This document shows, in pieces, positions 58,201 to 64,000 of a stretch of 64,000 nucleotides of DNA. A program made the position numbers and the translations under genes. The notes under the pieces are model-generated. The model worked only from the letters and a program-made list of their open reading frames with translations. It was not told the origin of the DNA and ran no database searches. The stretch comes from the human T2T-CHM13v2.0 reference genome, Homo sapiens: NCBI RefSeq assembly GCF_009914755.1, contig NC_060938.1; one strand, written 5' to 3'. Numbering within the stretch: the stretch's first letter is position 1; each line of letters opens with the position of its first letter.

Positions 58201-61200
58201 ATTTAAAAGCATAAAATATTTTTAAATATATACCTTTTATTAATGAATGCATCAATTTTGTGAAAAGGTACATGTTTTAGTTCTGATTTATTGAGATTTT
58301 ATTTTTTTAGATTCCTTGTAGAACTTTTTTTTTCTTGATTTGCAAAGGAGGATGCAGTGTTTGAATGGTCTAGTAAAATACCTTAGAAAACTTAGTTGTG
58401 AACATAGTTTTGTTTTGACACAATTTTAATTTCTATAAGGATATAGATAATTTCTATAAGATTATCCTAAAGACAATCTTAAAGGCAGAATGAGAGACTG
58501 CATTGCAAGCTATTAAAAGCAGCACTATTGCTTAAAAAAGTAAAAGATTGGGAATGAAGAGATTTTCCTTCTAACCTTATAATTTCTAGTAGGTTATTGC
58601 TACTTTTGTCTTGGTTTCTTCATCAGTAAAAATAAACATGGTGCTAGATATCATAAGAACAAGTTGCATGAAAGTAAGCCTACATCAAAAATAGATGTGC
58701 ATGATTGACATAGATATTAAGACTGAAAGGAATTTTTAAGTTAACTCAAACAGCCTTCATATCATTGAAGACACTGGGCATTAGTTTATTAGTGGGAGCA
58801 TGAAAAAAAACAATAAATTTTTTTTGTTCTTAGCACTGAAAAAAAAAATTGCTTGGCTAATAGAGGACAGTTTTGATCTGGTTGTAAGGGGCCAATGGAT
58901 AATTTGTATATATATATGAACTATCTCAGTGTTTGAAATGAAGTTCCCTTAAAACCTGTTAGAGCCAACTTCATGAGATCTTTTGTCCATTGAGGTGGTA
59001 ATACCATACTCATCCAAACAAATAGCCAAACCCTTTTGAGGGCAAGGTGACAACAGTTTTTTTTTTTCTATTTTGGGGTTTCTCAAACTATTCCCCCGCC
59101 CGCCCTCCCCCGCTTTTTTTTTTTTCAAACCAAAGCCTCTTGAATTAAGTAAACCTATAAATCAGATAAGGAAGGCACTCCTCTGGTGAGAGTTGGAAGG
59201 ATTCTTCCAACACCCTTCCCACATCTAGGTGGAAGAATTTTTCTGTCACAGTTTGAAAATCACTATATGGTGACTCATGACATAAGCTCTGGAGTTGATT
59301 TCAAAATACCAGCAGGTGGTCTGCCTAACAGCCTTGTTAGAAGAATAAGGATGTTCCTCCCTGTATCTAATGGGCATTTTACTGTGAATTGTTGTGGAAA
59401 CCATAGAAGTCATGTGAAATTACCTTATTTTTAAACTTGAACATTTAAGATTCATATTGCCACTGTCAAATTAATTAGGATGTGTTGAAGCCTTAGTATT
59501 AAATTTTAGCCTCATTATAGTTTTATTTCTGTCAAAAAGCTTTCCAGTTTTCAGTGACCAATGAAAGGGTCATGACTTAATGCCTCCACTCTTCATTTAA
59601 GACCCTTTTGTTTCTGAAACCTTAAAAATACATTTTATGATAGAGTGTTTTCATTTCTACTTTACCTTTCTATCTTAACATATAGAGTATATCTCAGTAT
59701 TTTGGGGTTTATGCTATTGGAGAGCAGAAGTGAGTCTTAATGAGTAATAGTATTCAGAATTATATTATTTGGGTAAGCATATATGACTGGAAGACAAGGG
59801 ACGGTTTTACTTTTATATGTCTTTGAATTACTCTTGGTTTTCAGAATAGATGTTTGTTTAATAAAGAGTTATATTTCATTATGTAACTGTAGTGTTTTTA
59901 CTGTACTGTAAAAATTCCCCGAAGTAATCACCAGATAAGTCTTCTTTTGATGTACATTTTAAAGTATATCATCTGCAGGTTTTGCTTTTCTAATAAAAAA
60001 AAAGAATAGATCTTGTATTCTCTTGTGTTTTCAATATTTTCCTTAATTGTTAGATATGGAATCATTGTGCTGTTTTCCATACTAAGTTCCATTTCTATCA
60101 CTGTGTATATAACTTTGTTGTCTAGAATATACTATGTTTTCTTCTCTGTAAATATCCATAAATAAAGTGTTCACTTGTTCTTTTACACAGTTCAGGTAAA
60201 GAACATTAAAGCTGATGCTAGGTACAGATTTTCAGTTGGGCCAGATTAAGATTTGTAAACATTTTACTTAATAAAAAAAGTTAATAGGATTGAACGGGAC
60301 TGCCCTAGTTTCCTTTATTACATGTATACACTGCTGCCACATAAATATTTGTAAGTCACAAGCCTCATCACATTATTTTTCATAAATCTTAAGCAGCTTC
60401 CCATGGTTCCAAGAATCAAATAAAGAACTGGAACTAATATTTATTAAGCCCCTTGGCTAGGCACTTCACATTTTAAAAAATGATTTATAGATATAGCTCT
60501 GTTTTATAGATGAAGGAACTGTCTTAAGAGGTGTAGGGCTTTACTGTTGTCATCAACTAGTAAATGATAGGAGTCGGATTTTGAAATTAGTTGTATTTAC
60601 ACGTGGTTTCTACTTCCTTGTATTGCCACTTCAATATAGTAATATTTATTACAAAAGTGAACCTAATATATATTTTGTTTGACTGTCAGATGGCTGACTG
60701 TTAAAGTTAATATTTAGTTGAGGTTGATGGAATAAACTTCTAAAATATGAGAATAAATCTGAAATTTTATTTTTAAAAATTATTTTATCAGAAATGTTAG
60801 TCAAGATTTTAAATTATGAGCACAGTTTATCTTCACCATTAGTTAGTGTAACATATGTTCGGTGTAATTGAAATAGATGTTTACTTGCAACAGAGGTCAG
60901 TGGACAAGCAGGTATTTGTGGGAGAGGGGAGGAAGTGGTCTTTTCTTACTTTTCTTAGATTTTTTTTGTTCTTTATTTTGTCTGGATTGAGGATACTTTT
61001 CATATGTGCTGATGTACGTTGCTAGTGATTTTTTCCTATCTTATGAAATTTGGAGGTGGTGGAAATGATGCAGTTCTTTTAATTTGGCCTCAAAAGAATG
61101 TGAAAAATCTCTAAAAACTTTTTTAAAAGACCAATTTATTACCTACATGAAAACAAGTAATCAAAATTAAATTTTATGCAATTCTTAAAAGTTATCTTGT

Positions 61201-62128
61201 GTTGCTAGTATATCAAATAATTCTAAAAGATTGTCTCAGATATATCATTTTAAAATTATTTAGCTTGGTGCTACTCAAAATGTGGTCTTTGTGCCCTTTG
61301 TAACTATTATGAGAGGAAGTATATCCAGAAATTAAGAGCGTTTAGGAACAGTTTGGCAGTTTTAAGTTTCTTGAATCTAATAAAAAATCAAGGCTTCGAT
61401 GTAAAAATAAATTTCGTTATATTTTGCAGTTGGTCTTATAGGTTTGAAATAAAATTTGGTCCTTAGTTTAAGAAGCAGTGATCTATGTAAATGCTATCAT
61501 TATTTGTATTAAGTGTTCACTTATTTCTGTTTTCTCTTAAGTATTTAAATATTCTTAATTTTGGGGGGGTATAACATTTGGTAGATTTTTTAAAAAAGAC
61601 TTGAAATTTATTGCAAAAAATTTGTATATTCTAAAATCTTATCAAATTCTTATGAAATTCTGTTTTAAGGAATAAGTTTTAAGGAACCCTATAATGTAAA
61701 AAGCAGGTTGTTTTGTATTTTTAAGTTGTGAGGGAGTTGCAAGTCAACTAGTACATTTTAGTTATCACCAGCATCGCCTCCAGTGACAGAAGGCAGGAAA
61801 ATTAAGGGAGTGGAAAGGACTAGCTGTTTCTTCAAACTCATAGGAAGGGGTAATTAGAGGTAAAATGCACATTTGGTTTAATAGAGGTTTATTTTAAAGT
61901 TTGTGAGACATTATGTTAGATTTTGTATTTTGTTAGGTTTGCCTTAAATTTTGAGGTCATCTTGTATTTATAACAGTAAATCATAAACTGTTTATGTAGT
62001 TACCTCTTAAAATACATGTATCATTATTATTAATTTGTATGGTGCTTTGTTGTAAACATCTTTATTGTAATTCAGTGTATGTAATTTGTGATTAAGATTT
62101 GTTCTTTTTCTCCCCTCTCTATAGGAAG

Positions 62129-62200
62129 ATGATCCCTATGATCTTGAAGATGTTTCTGCACAGAAATGAGGGAAATACAAAGAACCAAATACAGTTCTGA
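62129..62200 (+). other. uORF2 MIPMILKMFLHRNEGNTKNQIQF* (23 aa)
   Basis: ATG at 62129 (A at -3) overlaps the uORF1 stop (ATGA); TGA at 62198-62200. Confidence 0.55.
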
Positions 62201-62243
62201 AATTTGGGATCTGTATTTTGAGATGATTTTATTTTCAGAATGA
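62166..62243 (+). other. uORF3 MREIQRTKYSSEIWDLYFEMILFSE* (25 aa)
   Basis: ATG at 62166 (G at -3), TGA at 62241-62243. Confidence 0.5.
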
Positions 62244-62296
62244 GAAGCATATCTGGTTACCTTTATGAATGTAGAGACATGAGAAGAGAGTTATGA
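62240..62296 (+). other. uORF4 [18 protein letters not shown] (18 aa); stop overlaps the main start
   Basis: ATG at 62240 (A at -3) overlaps the uORF3 stop; TGA at 62294-62296 lies within ATGATG of the CDS. Confidence 0.55.
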
Positions 62297-64000
62297 TGGC
62301 AAAAAACAAAGAGCCTCGTCCCCCATCCTATACCATCAGTATAGTTGGACTCTCTGGGACTGAAAAAGACAAAGGTAACTGTGGAGTTGGAAAGTCTTGT
62401 TTGTGCAATAGATTTGTACGCTCAAAAGCAGATGAATATTATCCAGAGCATACTTCTGTGCTTAGCACCATTGACTTTGGAGGACGAGTAGTAAACAATG
62501 ATCACTTTTTGTACTGGGGTGACATAATACAAAATAGTGAAGATGGAGTAGAATGCAAAATTCATGTCATTGAACAAACAGAGTTCATTGATGACCAGAC
62601 TTTCTTGCCTCATCGGAGTACGAATTTGCAACCATATATAAAACGTGCAGCTGCATCTAAATTGCAGTCAGCAGAAAAACTAATGTACATTTGCACTGAT
62701 CAGCTAGGCTTAGAACAAGACTTTGAACAGAAGCAAATGCCTGAAGGGAAGCTCAACGTAGATGGATTTTTATTATGCATTGATGTAAGTCAAGGATGCA
62801 ATAGGAAGTTTGATGATCAACTTAAATTTGTGAATAACCTTTTTGTCCAGTTATCAAAATCAAAAAAACCTGTAATAATAGCAGCAACTAAATGTGATGA
62901 ATGCGTGGATCATTATCTTAGAGAAGTTCAGGCATTTGCTTCAAATAAAAAGAACCTTCTTGTAGTGGAAACATCAGCACGATTTAATGTCAACATTGAA
63001 ACATGTTTTACTGCACTGGTACAAATGTTGGATAAAACTCGTAGCAAGCCTAAAATTATTCCCTATTTGGATGCTTATAAAACACAGAGACAACTTGTTG
63101 TCACAGCAACAGATAAGTTTGAAAAACTTGTGCAGACTGTGAGAGATTATCATGCAACTTGGAAAACTGTTAGTAATAAATTAAAAAATCATCCTGATTA
63201 TGAAGAATACATCAACTTAGAGGGAACAAGAAAGGCCAGAAATACATTCTCAAAACATATAGAACAACTTAAACAGGAACATATAAGAAAAAGGAGAGAA
63301 GAGTATATAAATACTTTACCAAGAGCTTTTAACACTCTTTTGCCAAATCTAGAAGAGATTGAACATTTGAATTGGTCAGAAGCTTTGAAGTTAATGGAAA
63401 AGAGAGCAGATTTCCAGTTATGTTTTGTGGTGCTAGAAAAAACTCCTTGGGATGAAACTGACCATATAGACAAAATTAATGATAGGCGGATTCCATTTGA
63501 CCTCCTGAGCACTTTAGAAGCTGAAAAAGTCTATCAGAACCATGTACAGCATCTGATATCCGAGAAGAGGAGGGTGGAAATGAAGGAAAAATTCAAAAAG
63601 ACTTTGGAAAAAATTCAATTCATTTCACCAGGGCAGCCATGGGAGGAAGTTATGTGCTTTGTTATGGAGGATGAAGCCTACAAATATATCACTGAGGCTG
63701 ATAGCAAAGAGGTATATGGTAGGCATCAGCGAGAAATAGTTGAAAAAGCCAAAGAAGAGTTTCAAGAAATGCTTTTTGAGCATTCTGAACTTTTTTATGA
63801 TTTAGATCTTAATGCAACACCTAGTTCAGATAAAATGAGTGAAATTCATACAGTTCTGAGTGAAGAACCTAGATATAAAGCTTTACAGAAACTTGCACCT
63901 GATAGGGAATCCCTTCTACTTAAGCATATAGGATTTGTTTATCATCCCACTAAAGAAACATGTCTTAGTGGCCAAAATTGTACAGACATTAAAGTGGAGC
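62293..64000 (+). CDS. ARHGAP5: Rho GTPase-activating protein 5 (p190-B), N-terminal ~569 codons; partial, continues past the window end
   Basis: Open frame from ATG 62293 to the window end, with an in-frame upstream TAG at 62272. It translates [41 protein letters not shown]...: G1 GNCGVGKS, degenerate G3 EQTE, G4 TKCD, G5 ETSA, then FF-domain repeats (HATWKTV, LNWSEAL, QPWEEV) to ...[19 protein letters not shown]. Recognised as p190-B. Absent from the ORF track because there is no stop inside the window. Confidence 0.98.
   Translation, partial: MMAKNKEPRPPSYTISIVGLSGTEKDKGNCGVGKSCLCNRFVRSKADEYYPEHTSVLSTIDFGGRVVNNDHFLYWGDIIQNSEDGVECKIHVIEQTEFIDDQTFLPHRSTNLQPYIKRAAASKLQSAEKLMYICTDQLGLEQDFEQKQMPEGKLNVDGFLLCIDVSQGCNRKFDDQLKFVNNLFVQLSKSKKPVIIAATKCDECVDHYLREVQAFASNKKNLLVVETSARFNVNIETCFTALVQMLDKTRSKPKIIPYLDAYKTQRQLVVTATDKFEKLVQTVRDYHATWKTVSNKLKNHPDYEEYINLEGTRKARNTFSKHIEQLKQEHIRKRREEYINTLPRAFNTLLPNLEEIEHLNWSEALKLMEKRADFQLCFVVLEKTPWDETDHIDKINDRRIPFDLLSTLEAEKVYQNHVQHLISEKRRVEMKEKFKKTLEKIQFISPGQPWEEVMCFVMEDEAYKYITEADSKEVYGRHQREIVEKAKEEFQEMLFEHSELFYDLDLNATPSSDKMSEIHTVLSEEPRYKALQKLAPDRESLLLKHIGFVYHPTKETCLSGQNCTDIKVE

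Larger units (their letters stand above)
62125..62292 (+). other. ARHGAP5: ARHGAP5 exon 2, 5'UTR portion (168 nt) with splice acceptor
   Basis: Long pyrimidine tract gttctttttctcccctctctatAG ending at 62124, 168 nt upstream of the start codon. Confidence 0.9.

Noticed and set aside
63198-63512. 104-aa minus-strand ORF (and 62422-62631)
   Set aside because: Antisense shadows of the ARHGAP5 coding exon with no independent support

Overview
Human (primate) genomic DNA, AT-rich and repeat-dense, containing the 5' end of ARHGAP5 (p190-B RhoGAP; recognised as chr14q12) on the + strand. About 1-46 kb is intergenic: Alu, MIR, L1, L2, MaLR LTRs, MER DNA transposons, microsatellites and a few repeat-free patches. 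A CpG island at about 47.7-49.8 kb is a bidirectional promoter with three CCAAT boxes, G4 motifs and a (CG)8 tract. It drives ARHGAP5 exon 1 (donor after 49058) and probably the divergent lncRNA ARHGAP5-AS1. A 13,066-bp intron follows, then the giant exon 2 from 62125. The CDS starts at 62293 and runs off the window end, so the ORF track missed it; it encodes the N-terminal pseudo-GTPase and FF domains. The most interesting signal appears only after joining exon 1 to exon 2 by hand. The 5' leader holds 10 upstream AUGs, including a splice-spanning Pro5/Arg6 uORF (MSLPPPPPGPLPLRRRRRRPTLLGR) and several uORFs coupled by overlapping AUGA stop/start motifs, the last ending on the main start codon. 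Local templated duplications, perfect hairpins and a nested young AluY are also reported. Repeat boundaries and subfamilies were assigned by eye from remembered consensus sequences and are approximate.
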